Shown: positions 45,277 to 53,940 of the stretch, piece by piece | Numbering within the stretch: the stretch's first letter is position 1 | Layout: each line of letters starts with the position of its first letter | DNA from: an uncultured SAR86 cluster bacterium | GTDB lineage: Bacteria > Pseudomonadota > Gammaproteobacteria > Magnimaribacterales > D2472 | NCBI GenBank assembly: GCA_902547695.1 | Contig: CACCOR010000008.1 | Span: 3,395-67,394 of the forward strand | DNA length: 64,000 nucleotides | Reading direction: 5' to 3' | Program-made: the position numbers and the translations under genes | The notes under the pieces: generated by a model | Database searches by the model: none | The model's input: only the letters and a program-made list of their open reading frames with translations | What the model was told of the DNA's origin: nothing

Positions 45277-46273
45277 AATTGCAATTGTTGGTAGTGGAAA
45301 CATAGGTTGGGCGTTAAAACAACTACTTAAAAAGGACTATGACTTAAAGCAGGGCGATATAGAAGATGGTTTCGATGCAAATGATATTTCACAGGTAGAA
45401 GATTTTTTAAAAGGAGTTGATGCAGTAATTTCAGCAGGACCATTTGCAGTAAACAAAAACATTGCAAGCGTAGCAGCAGAAAATGGTATTGCTTACTTTG
45501 ATCTCACTGAAGATGTTGAAACAACAGAATACATTAGATCACTTAAATCAGAAAATATTTTAATGCCACAATGCGGCCTTGCTCCAGGAGCCATTAACAT
45601 ATGTGCAGCTGGTATGATGAATCAATTTGATTCTGTTAATGAAGTTCTTATGAGAGTTGGAGCTCTTCCAAGATTTACAACTAATGAAATGAGCTATTAC
45701 TTAAGTTGGTCAACAAATGGATTAATAAATGAATATTGCAATGAAGCTGATGCAATTTATGAAGGAAAATCAGTGAAGGTTATGCCTTTAGAGGGAGCTG
45801 AAAAAATTGTAATTGAGGGCGAAAGCTTCGAAGCCTTTAATACAAGTGGAGGATGTGCGACCATGTGTGAAACCTTTGAAGGCGAAGTCCAAAATCTTTC
45901 GTATAAAACAATTAGATACCCAGGTCACTTAAATCACATGAAATTTTTGTTCAACGATCTTCACTTGAAAAAGAATAAAGATGTCTTAGAGAAACTTTTT
46001 GACAAAGAAGTCCCAAGGACAAAAAATGACGTAATAATATTTTTTGTCAAAGTTATAGGACTTATCGATGGAGTTTTACAAGAAAAAACCTATTTAAGAA
46101 AAATATACGGAGATGAAAAATTCAGCGCTATTCAATTAACGACTGCCTCTGGGGTATGTAGCGCTCTTAAAATGTTTCTTGATGGTAAAATTACAAACAA
46201 AGGTTTTACAAAACAAGAATCTTTATCTTGGGATGATTTTCTAAATAATGATTTCGGCAGGGTTTACGCCTAA
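45263..46273 (+). CDS. saccharopine dehydrogenase family protein (L-lysine 6-dehydrogenase-like)
   Basis: 336 aa. KIAIVGSGNIG Rossmann motif, MPQCGLAPG, YKTIRYPGH. Overlaps the ALDH7 gene by 14 nt. Confidence 0.7.
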   Translation: MMKAKIAIVGSGNIGWALKQLLKKDYDLKQGDIEDGFDANDISQVEDFLKGVDAVISAGPFAVNKNIASVAAENGIAYFDLTEDVETTEYIRSLKSENILMPQCGLAPGAINICAAGMMNQFDSVNEVLMRVGALPRFTTNEMSYYLSWSTNGLINEYCNEADAIYEGKSVKVMPLEGAEKIVIEGESFEAFNTSGGCATMCETFEGEVQNLSYKTIRYPGHLNHMKFLFNDLHLKKNKDVLEKLFDKEVPRTKNDVIIFFVKVIGLIDGVLQEKTYLRKIYGDEKFSAIQLTTASGVCSALKMFLDGKITNKGFTKQESLSWDDFLNNDFGRVYA

Positions 46274-46281
46274 TACTTATA

Positions 46282-46977
46282 ATGACAGAATTTAGCTTAT
46301 TAGATACTTCTCATATTATTTTTGCCATAGCTTGCATTGCTACGATTATTTATTTACCAAAATTTGTTCTGGATAAGAGTGATATATGGAAAAAATTTGT
46401 AATAGCTGTAATTTTTATTTTTATTCTAATAAATCAAGGCTTGGATTTTTACAGGGAGGGATATACTCAACAAATAAAGCTAGGATTACCTCTCCACCTT
46501 TGTGATTTTTCTTGCGCATCAATTATGCTCTATTTTATAACCCAGAGAAGAGAGTTCTTTATCTTTGCTTTTTTTGCTGGTATTTCTGGAGCAGGAATGG
46601 CTATATTAACTCCTGATGTCTTATATTCATTCCCGCATATTGATTATGTTCGTCATATGATTGGCCACTCAATGATTTTACTAGGCGTAAGTTATGCAAT
46701 GATAATTGATAATCAAAGACCTTATTTTAAAGACGTACACAGAGTTTTATTAGTGTTAACTTTTTTCTTAATTTTGATGTATCCAATTAATTATTTACTT
46801 GGACCGCCAGCAAATTATTGGTATGTTATGGAAAAACCACCCGGTTTAAATGTAACAGGTTTTATGAGAGATGCGCCATACCATATGATCGATATATATA
46901 TTCTTGCCGTAATTGTTTGCTATTCAATATATTTGCCATATCTCATTAAAGATAAATTTAATAAAGCTACTGTATAA
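46282..46977 (+). CDS. integral membrane protein, YwaF/TIGR02206 (TMEM164-like) family
   Basis: 231 aa polytopic protein with a GLPLHLCDF motif. Family assignment is from memory. Confidence 0.45.
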   Translation: MTEFSLLDTSHIIFAIACIATIIYLPKFVLDKSDIWKKFVIAVIFIFILINQGLDFYREGYTQQIKLGLPLHLCDFSCASIMLYFITQRREFFIFAFFAGISGAGMAILTPDVLYSFPHIDYVRHMIGHSMILLGVSYAMIIDNQRPYFKDVHRVLLVLTFFLILMYPINYLLGPPANYWYVMEKPPGLNVTGFMRDAPYHMIDIYILAVIVCYSIYLPYLIKDKFNKATV

Positions 46978-46979
46978 AA

Positions 46980-47582
46980 ATGAAAAGTGTTTCGAGTTCA
47001 CAAATTCCGAAAAGTTTTCGGGCATATCGACCAAAAGCGCTTCAATGGCTTGGCAGGACAGTTTTATCAGTTCTTGGATGGAAAGTTCATGGAAAAATAT
47101 CAGATGAATTTAATGAAAAGAAACTTGTTGTAATTGTTGCCCCACATACATCTAACTGGGATGGAATTTTAGGTGTCGCAGCAATTGCTGGCTTAGATGC
47201 AAGAATTACATTTATTGGTAAACATACTGCATTCAGGTATGGACTAGGAGCTTTTTTAAGATATATGGGTGGAATTCCAGTAGATAGAAATAAACCTGGA
47301 GGGATAATTCAAGATGCAATAAATCAGATTAAAGGCATTAATAGTTCCTTAATAGGAATGTCTCCTGAAGGAACACGCTCGAAAGTAAAGGAATGGAAAA
47401 CAGGATTTTTAAGAATAGCAAAAGAGCTAAATACTAAAATAATTCCAGCATCTCTAGATTTTGCAAAAAAAGAAATACTTCTTGGTAAGGCTTTTACACC
47501 TTCAGGTGACAATATGAAAGATATTAGCGATCTTAAGGACTACTACAGCGTTTTTACTGCTAGACACCCTGACAAATACTAG
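46980..47582 (+). CDS. PlsC-family (lysophospholipid) acyltransferase
   Basis: 200 aa. APHTSNWDG (HX4D) and SPEGTR blocks. Confidence 0.75.
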   Translation: MKSVSSSQIPKSFRAYRPKALQWLGRTVLSVLGWKVHGKISDEFNEKKLVVIVAPHTSNWDGILGVAAIAGLDARITFIGKHTAFRYGLGAFLRYMGGIPVDRNKPGGIIQDAINQIKGINSSLIGMSPEGTRSKVKEWKTGFLRIAKELNTKIIPASLDFAKKEILLGKAFTPSGDNMKDISDLKDYYSVFTARHPDKY

Positions 47583-49405
47583 TTCAAATTTTCTCTAATC
47601 ATATTATTAACCATCTCCTCAACAATAAAGAGAGGAGGATTTCCATGATCTAAAACAGCTGAGTGGAAGTCTTTAATATTAAATTTATCACCAAGCTCAC
47701 TCATAGCTTTTTCTCTGAGTTCGAGTATTTTGATCATACCAACTTTATAGCTTAGCGCTTGTCCTGGCCAAACAATATATCTTTCAATTTCGACTCTAAC
47801 TTCTGTATCTGACATTCCAGTTTTTGTTTTCATGTATTTCATTGCCTCTTCGCGAGTCCATCTTTTATAGTGCATTCCGGTATCAACTACCAACCTTACG
47901 GCTCTAAAGAGTTCACTTTGAAGAATTCCTAGTTCGTCATATGGATCTTCAGCCAGACCTGCTTCAAGAGCTAAAATTTCAGAGTAAAGAGCCCACCCCT
48001 CTGCGAAAGCAGAAGTGAAGTATCCAAACCGTCTATAGAGAGTTAAATCTTCATTTTCAAGAGAATGTGCTATTTGGTGATGGTGTCCAGGCGTTGCTTC
48101 ATGATAAGCCAAAGTTCTCATGCTGTAAGTGGGTGTTTGCTTTATATCGTATAGATTTGCATAAAATACACCAGGCCTACTTCCATCAAGCGCTGGCGAC
48201 TGATAATATCCTCCAGCTGCAGTCCTTTCAGAGTACTCAGGAACAGCTTTCACTATGACCTTTGACTTTGGCATAGTATGGAAATAATCTTTCATTACTT
48301 CATAAGCTTCTTCAACCATTTCTGTATAGTCTTTAACAACTATTTCTTTTCTGTCTGGAGTATCTGCATAAAGGAAATCTGGATTCTCATTTAATTCATT
48401 CATTATTTCACCAACAGACTTACTCTCGTCATATCCAAGAGATGAAAGAATGTATCTCATTCTTTCTGAAATCCTTTTAACTTCACTTAGCCCCATTTGA
48501 TGAATTTTCTCTGGAGAATAATCTGTTGTGGTGAAAGTCCTTATTTTCAATTTATAGTATTCGTCTCCTCCTGGTTGAGACCATATGCCATGATTTTTAT
48601 TAGCATATTTTTGAGTTCTAATCATAAAATCTCTTAAAACTTTAAAACCCGGCGTAACACTTTCACTAATGGACCTTTTTATTTCATTTTCAAAATAATT
48701 TACATCTTCTTGATCTAAATCCAATTGATTTATCTTTGACATGAATTGGGTATAAAGAGGATGTTCTTCATTCGAATATTCTATAAATTCATCTAGCTGT
48801 TTAATTACATGACCATATACAAATTCAGGCGGATAAATACCACTCTTAGCTTGTTTTTCAAGGTCGGCAAGAACTCCTTGATATACTTCCTTAATTAAAT
48901 CTGTCCTCTTTATGAAATCGTTTGCTTCAGATTTTTTCCTAATAGGATGTACATCATTCATAAACTCAATGGTATTTAAATGAATTCCTCCAATTTGATT
49001 TAGCGGATAGTCTAAATAAGGAAAATCTCTAAGTTCTCTTAAATGATTTTCATAATCAAAAATTGCAATTTTCTTTGTACTTATTTGAGTATCGGATAGT
49101 CTAGAGTCATCATACTTATATAAGGTTTTAATAGCTTTTTCTGTATGCTCAATTCCATCTTCAATATCAGTTTCTTTTGGAATTGACAACTTGGAGTTAT
49201 GATTCGTCAGCCAATTATAGTCATCTAATACTCCAACATAAGTTAACTCTTCAGGTGAACTTGTGAGATCAAGAATTAGCTCTTTTGCTAAAAAATGATC
49301 AATTGAGAAGGGCTTCATAAAAAAAAGATTTATTAAATACAGAGACCCAACTCCTAAAGTAACTAATAAAAGATTTCTCGTGTGCTTAAGAATTTTTTTA
49401 ATCAT
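47579..49405 (-). CDS. DUF885 family protein (metallopeptidase-like)
   Basis: 608 aa. N-terminal anchor and HEATPGHHHQ motif. Confidence 0.7.
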   Translation of the reverse strand: MIKKILKHTRNLLLVTLGVGSLYLINLFFMKPFSIDHFLAKELILDLTSSPEELTYVGVLDDYNWLTNHNSKLSIPKETDIEDGIEHTEKAIKTLYKYDDSRLSDTQISTKKIAIFDYENHLRELRDFPYLDYPLNQIGGIHLNTIEFMNDVHPIRKKSEANDFIKRTDLIKEVYQGVLADLEKQAKSGIYPPEFVYGHVIKQLDEFIEYSNEEHPLYTQFMSKINQLDLDQEDVNYFENEIKRSISESVTPGFKVLRDFMIRTQKYANKNHGIWSQPGGDEYYKLKIRTFTTTDYSPEKIHQMGLSEVKRISERMRYILSSLGYDESKSVGEIMNELNENPDFLYADTPDRKEIVVKDYTEMVEEAYEVMKDYFHTMPKSKVIVKAVPEYSERTAAGGYYQSPALDGSRPGVFYANLYDIKQTPTYSMRTLAYHEATPGHHHQIAHSLENEDLTLYRRFGYFTSAFAEGWALYSEILALEAGLAEDPYDELGILQSELFRAVRLVVDTGMHYKRWTREEAMKYMKTKTGMSDTEVRVEIERYIVWPGQALSYKVGMIKILELREKAMSELGDKFNIKDFHSAVLDHGNPPLFIVEEMVNNMIRENLN

Positions 49406-49436
49406 GATAAAATTTCCTCTAAAAGAAAATTATATT

Positions 49437-50123
49437 ATGTCAGAAAAACTAGCTACGCTTAAGAAAGAAGATAATGTATCAATACTTACTTTAGATGATG
49501 GTAAGGCAAATGTTTTCTCTCCAGAAATGTCACAGCAAATAAATGAATGTCTTGATGATGTTCCTACTGAAGAGGGATGCCTCATAATTACAGGCAGAGA
49601 GGGAATGTTTTCTGCTGGATTTGATCTCAAAACTATTCAAGGCGGAGATATGAAACTTATTCAAAATATGACAATAAATGGCTTTAAGCTCTTATCAAGA
49701 ATATTTGCATTTCCAAGACCCGTTATTGCAGCATGTTCAGGCCATGGCATTGCCCTAGGAACTTTTTTATTATGCTGTTGTGATTATAGAATAGGCGTAA
49801 AAGGCGACTTCATGCTTGGAGCCAATGAAATGAGAACAAACATGGTTATACCTTTACCTATATTAGAACTCATTAAATTTAGAGTTGCTCAATCTCATAA
49901 ATATAGAGCGGTTCTGGGCGCTGAAATGTATACACTAGAGAACGCAATAGATGCAGGTCTTATGGATGAAGTTGTTGAATCAGATAACTTGATGAAAGTC
50001 GCCCTTGAAAAAGCAAAAGATCTATCGACGATGGGGCATCCAGCTTATTCGATGACAAAACAGCTTTACATAGCTGAAACACATAAAAAGATTGATGACG
50101 CAATAAATGAACTTGATTCTTGA
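49437..50123 (+). CDS. enoyl-CoA hydratase/isomerase (crotonase) family protein
   Basis: The start is moved to ATG 49437 (MSEKLATLKKED...). GKANVFS and FSAGFDL oxyanion-hole blocks. The tracked GTG at 49380 would overlap the divergent gene. Confidence 0.75.
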   Translation: MSEKLATLKKEDNVSILTLDDGKANVFSPEMSQQINECLDDVPTEEGCLIITGREGMFSAGFDLKTIQGGDMKLIQNMTINGFKLLSRIFAFPRPVIAACSGHGIALGTFLLCCCDYRIGVKGDFMLGANEMRTNMVIPLPILELIKFRVAQSHKYRAVLGAEMYTLENAIDAGLMDEVVESDNLMKVALEKAKDLSTMGHPAYSMTKQLYIAETHKKIDDAINELDS

Positions 50124-50126
50124 TGA

Positions 50127-50627
50127 ATGAATCAGTTTCGTCATGAAATTCACAATTTTCCTTCAAAACTAAGCCAAGAATTTTTAGAGAAGATTTTTAT
50201 ACTTAATCAAGAAAATACTCCAGAGGTTGGAAGCTTGAGTTCAATAGAGTACCTTAGACAATTAATACAACTTAGTTCGTATCAATTTTATGTAGAAAAA
50301 GATAATGAAATAAAAGGATTCATTATATGCTTCAGAGAGAAATCCTCTTATGATTCACCTAACTATAAATTTTTTAGTAACACAGAATCCAAATTTCTTT
50401 ATATTGATAGAATAGCTATAAAAGATTCATTTAGACGACAGGGTATTGGAAAAAGTTTTTATGAGCTTATTCAAAAAATTGCTATTACAAAAGAAATACC
50501 GCTATGTTGTGAAGTAAACACAAATCCAGAAAATTTAATATCCATACAGTTCCATGAGGATTTTGGTTTTAAAAAAATTGGAAATAGAGAATATGAAGAT
50601 CACTCAGTAGCTTTTTTTAAAAAGTAA
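50127..50627 (+). CDS. GNAT family N-acetyltransferase
   Basis: 166 aa. RRQGIGKSFY acetyl-CoA binding motif. Confidence 0.75.
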   Translation: MNQFRHEIHNFPSKLSQEFLEKIFILNQENTPEVGSLSSIEYLRQLIQLSSYQFYVEKDNEIKGFIICFREKSSYDSPNYKFFSNTESKFLYIDRIAIKDSFRRQGIGKSFYELIQKIAITKEIPLCCEVNTNPENLISIQFHEDFGFKKIGNREYEDHSVAFFKK

Positions 50628-50684
50628 TCAGAATTTATACTTAAATAAAAACATATTGTAAAAATCGTATGATATGGTCTATAT

Positions 50685-51554
50685 ATGTTTGTAGAAACTT
50701 CTCTAATATTTAAAACACTTGTAATACTCTCAGCACAACTAGGGATAGTTTTGATGATGTGTTTTTATTGCCTAAATAGAGCAAAAAAAGCATATGAAAA
50801 TAACACAACTTTTATGGGACTGTTATTTAGGGGCTCAGTCAACATGAAAGGTAAATTAGATTTGATTCCTTATTTAGAAACAAAGAAAGATTTTCCAAAA
50901 CCAATGGAAAAATATGAAGATAAAGACACGGTCCTTCACGAAGTTGCTAAAAATCAGGATGAAGTTATTGAATTATTAAAGATGGGTTACATACATTCCC
51001 CGATGGGATCATCGTGGGGTGTTGGGTTGCTGTTCTGGCTATGGATGGGGTGTTTATTTGCAACGACATTTATAACTTCAGTTGATTCTATTAACCTTTG
51101 GGTTGGAATGACCTTGTTCACTCTAACGAGTTTATTCTTTGGTCCTCTTCTCGCTTTGGTAATGCTTGAGATGGATGAGAATGATGGATTTACCGCTCTT
51201 AAAATAGTGCTTGTTGTAACTTTAATTACAGGTTTTATAGGTTATGGCGATTTTATATCTTTCTCTGAAAGCTCTATATTTGGAATGGTCTTAATAATAT
51301 CTTTATTTGGGTTATTGATTTTTAATTTTGCACGTTTTTATATGGAATTTAGTAGAAAGGCAGTTAGAAGATCTGCAATTTTTGGCGCGATTCTTTTTTC
51401 TTTATTTCTTTTATTTGATTTCAATTATATTAAAATGCAATCTAGTATTTATGCCAAAAATGATTGGGCAACGGCACTTGATATGGCGTTTATACTCTAT
51501 TTGGATATTATAAACTTGCTGTTAGAAATATTAGAAGCAATGGGTAATTCATAA
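50685..51554 (+). CDS. membrane protein with a Bax-inhibitor-1/YccA-like C-terminal region
   Basis: 289 aa. The end ...LFDFNYIK...ALDMAFILYLDIINLLLEILE resembles the BI-1 family C-terminus. The N-terminal third is not recognised. Confidence 0.4.
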   Translation: MFVETSLIFKTLVILSAQLGIVLMMCFYCLNRAKKAYENNTTFMGLLFRGSVNMKGKLDLIPYLETKKDFPKPMEKYEDKDTVLHEVAKNQDEVIELLKMGYIHSPMGSSWGVGLLFWLWMGCLFATTFITSVDSINLWVGMTLFTLTSLFFGPLLALVMLEMDENDGFTALKIVLVVTLITGFIGYGDFISFSESSIFGMVLIISLFGLLIFNFARFYMEFSRKAVRRSAIFGAILFSLFLLFDFNYIKMQSSIYAKNDWATALDMAFILYLDIINLLLEILEAMGNS

Positions 51555-51565
51555 GAGGAGGAAAC

Positions 51566-52540
51566 ATGGGCATACCTAATCAACTAAAAGATAAATTAGC
51601 AATGCCAGTTATTGGTGCGCCACTATTTTTAGTATCAGGACCAGACTTAGTTATTGCACAATGTAAAGCTGGAATTGTAGGATCTTTTCCAGCATTAAAT
51701 GCAAGACCCCAACATGTTCTTGATGAATGGATTGTTAGAATAAAAACTGAGCTTGCAGAATATCAAGAGCAAAATCCTGATGCAAAAGTTGCTCCCTTTG
51801 CAGTCAACCAAATATGTCACGGATCTAACGATAGATTAATGCAGGATATGGAAACTTGTGTGAAACATGAGGTGCCCATAATTATTACTTCTTTAAGACC
51901 ACCATCAGAAGTTGTAGATGCTGCTCATAGCTATGGGGGTCTGGTTTTTCATGATGTTATAAATGTACGACATGCACAAAAGGCAGCCGAGCAGGGCGTC
52001 GATGGACTTATATTAGTTTGCGCTGGCGCAGGTGGTCATGCTGGGGCCTTGTCACCATTCGCATTGGTTAGAGAGGTTAAAGAATGGTTCGATGGAACAA
52101 TAATTCTTTCAGGTTCAATTGGTGATGGTCACTCGGTAGCATCAGCAATTGCTCTTGGTGCAGACTACGCATATTTAGGCACAAGATTTATTGCCACTGA
52201 GGAGGCAAATGCTGATCCTGGATATAAAAAAATGTTAGAGGAGAGTGCGGCAAGTGACATAGTCTATTCTTCTTTATTCACTGGAGTCTTAGGGAATTAT
52301 CTTAAACCTTCAATAAAAAATGCAGGTCTCGATCCTGACAATCTTCCAGATGCAGACAAGTCCGCAATGAACTTTGGCTCTGGTGGAAATACCGACTCAA
52401 AAGCCTGGAAGGATATATGGGGATCTGGACAGGGAATTGGTGGAATTAAAGATTCTCCTTCCGTTGCTGAGCTTGTTGGAAGAATAAAGTCAGAATATGA
52501 GCAAGCTTTTGATGAATTTAAAAATAGAATGCAAGGATAA
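51566..52540 (+). CDS. nitronate monooxygenase / NAD(P)H-dependent flavin oxidoreductase family
   Basis: 324 aa. PVIGAPLFLVSGPDLV, AGAGGHAG, YLGTRF. Confidence 0.8.
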   Translation: MGIPNQLKDKLAMPVIGAPLFLVSGPDLVIAQCKAGIVGSFPALNARPQHVLDEWIVRIKTELAEYQEQNPDAKVAPFAVNQICHGSNDRLMQDMETCVKHEVPIIITSLRPPSEVVDAAHSYGGLVFHDVINVRHAQKAAEQGVDGLILVCAGAGGHAGALSPFALVREVKEWFDGTIILSGSIGDGHSVASAIALGADYAYLGTRFIATEEANADPGYKKMLEESAASDIVYSSLFTGVLGNYLKPSIKNAGLDPDNLPDADKSAMNFGSGGNTDSKAWKDIWGSGQGIGGIKDSPSVAELVGRIKSEYEQAFDEFKNRMQG

Positions 52541-52542
52541 TT

Positions 52543-52710
52543 ATGATTGAATCAATTATCATAGTTCCAATAATGTGGATTGTTATGTCGGCGATTTATA
52601 TGCTTTTATTAAAAAACTTTGAGGGTACCAAAGGTATTACAGCAGAGTATCAAACCAAAGACGGCATTAAAAGAACTGCCAAAAAAGACAGACAAGATTT
52701 TATAGTATGA
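52543..52710 (+). CDS. candidate 55-aa single-TM protein (unannotated short ORF)
   Basis: Hand translation gives MIESIIIVPIMWIVMSAIYMLLLKNFEGTKGITAEYQTKDGIKRTAKKDRQDFIV. AAGGA lies upstream. ATGA overlap with the next gene. Confidence 0.45.
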   Translation: MIESIIIVPIMWIVMSAIYMLLLKNFEGTKGITAEYQTKDGIKRTAKKDRQDFIV

Positions 52711-53579
52711 ATAAAGCCATTGGCTTTATAGGCCTTGGAGTCATGGGATCTCCAATGGCTGGACATCTTTCAAATCACCACGAGATTCGAGTATTTAATC
52801 GCTCACTTGAAAAAACTAAAAGCTGGATAAAGAAATATTCTGGATCTGAATGTAGCTCTGTAAAAGAAATATCAAAAGTATCTGATATTCTTTTTCTTTG
52901 TGTCGGTAATGATAAAGATGTAAGAGAAATTATTTCAGATAAAGATGGAGCCTTAGAGCATTTAAGATCAGGCTCTTGCATTGTAGATCATACTACTACT
53001 TCAGCTGATCTAGCTAAGGAAATGAATATTCTTCTAGGCACAAAGAATATAAATTATCTTGATGCACCTGTATCTGGGGGACAGGCTGGAGCCGAATCTG
53101 GCCAACTTTCAATAATGGTAGGTGGTAAAAATGAGCTATATGAAGAATTGAAAGATATTTTAATGACTTACTCTAAGTTTATTAAATATATGGGAGAAAG
53201 TGGATCAGGACAGTTAACAAAAATGGTAAATCAGATTTGCATAGCCGGTTTACTTCAAGGTCTTGCTGAAGGAATGAATTTCTCAGAAAAAGCAGGATTA
53301 AATTCCAAAGATGTTTTAGAAGTCATCTCTAAAGGAGCTGCTCAATCATGGCAAATGGAAAATAGATGGCACACAATGCTCGAAGATGAATTCGACCATG
53401 GTTTTGCTGTAGATTTAATGAGAAAAGATTTAGACATAGTTATTAAAAAAGCAGAACATGAAAACATAAGTCTAGAAGTCACCAAAATTGTTAACGATTA
53501 TTACAAAGAGATACAAAAATCTGGAGGCGGTAAATGGGACACATCCAGTCTATATAAGAGGCTTAAAGATAATCTTTAA
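52707..53579 (+). CDS. NAD(P)-dependent beta-hydroxyacid dehydrogenase (3-hydroxyisobutyrate dehydrogenase family)
   Basis: 290 aa. IGFIGLGVMGSPMA, DAPVSGG, GSGQLTKMVNQ. Confidence 0.85.
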   Translation: MNKAIGFIGLGVMGSPMAGHLSNHHEIRVFNRSLEKTKSWIKKYSGSECSSVKEISKVSDILFLCVGNDKDVREIISDKDGALEHLRSGSCIVDHTTTSADLAKEMNILLGTKNINYLDAPVSGGQAGAESGQLSIMVGGKNELYEELKDILMTYSKFIKYMGESGSGQLTKMVNQICIAGLLQGLAEGMNFSEKAGLNSKDVLEVISKGAAQSWQMENRWHTMLEDEFDHGFAVDLMRKDLDIVIKKAEHENISLEVTKIVNDYYKEIQKSGGGKWDTSSLYKRLKDNL

Positions 53580-53938
53580 AATATTGTTGAAAAATATACA
53601 AATACACCCAATCCAATTACAACCATAGCAGACGAGATTTCTAATGAATCAATGTCTATAGAAGGATCTTCTGCCATAGAATAAAAGCTTCCTGGATTGG
53701 AAATAAGCCATATTATTCCAGCTATGTGGAATAGCATTATTAATCCAACGACCCAGTTCAAAGGCTGTGATGTAAAAACAATTAAAGAGCATAAGATTAC
53801 AAAAATTAGTTCAATCGAGATGTAGACATTAATATTTTTTCTTTTGAGAAGATATCTCAAGAGACTGTAACCTTTTGAGTATGTATAAAATAGGATAAAA
53901 CCATAAATAAAATATATTGAAGATAATACCGTAATCAT
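53576..53938 (-). CDS. hypothetical membrane protein
   Basis: 120 aa, four hydrophobic segments. Last gene of the minus-strand cluster. Confidence 0.45.
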   Translation of the reverse strand: MITVLSSIYFIYGFILFYTYSKGYSLLRYLLKRKNINVYISIELIFVILCSLIVFTSQPLNWVVGLIMLFHIAGIIWLISNPGSFYSMAEDPSIDIDSLEISSAMVVIGLGVFVYFSTIF

Positions 53939-53940
53939 TC

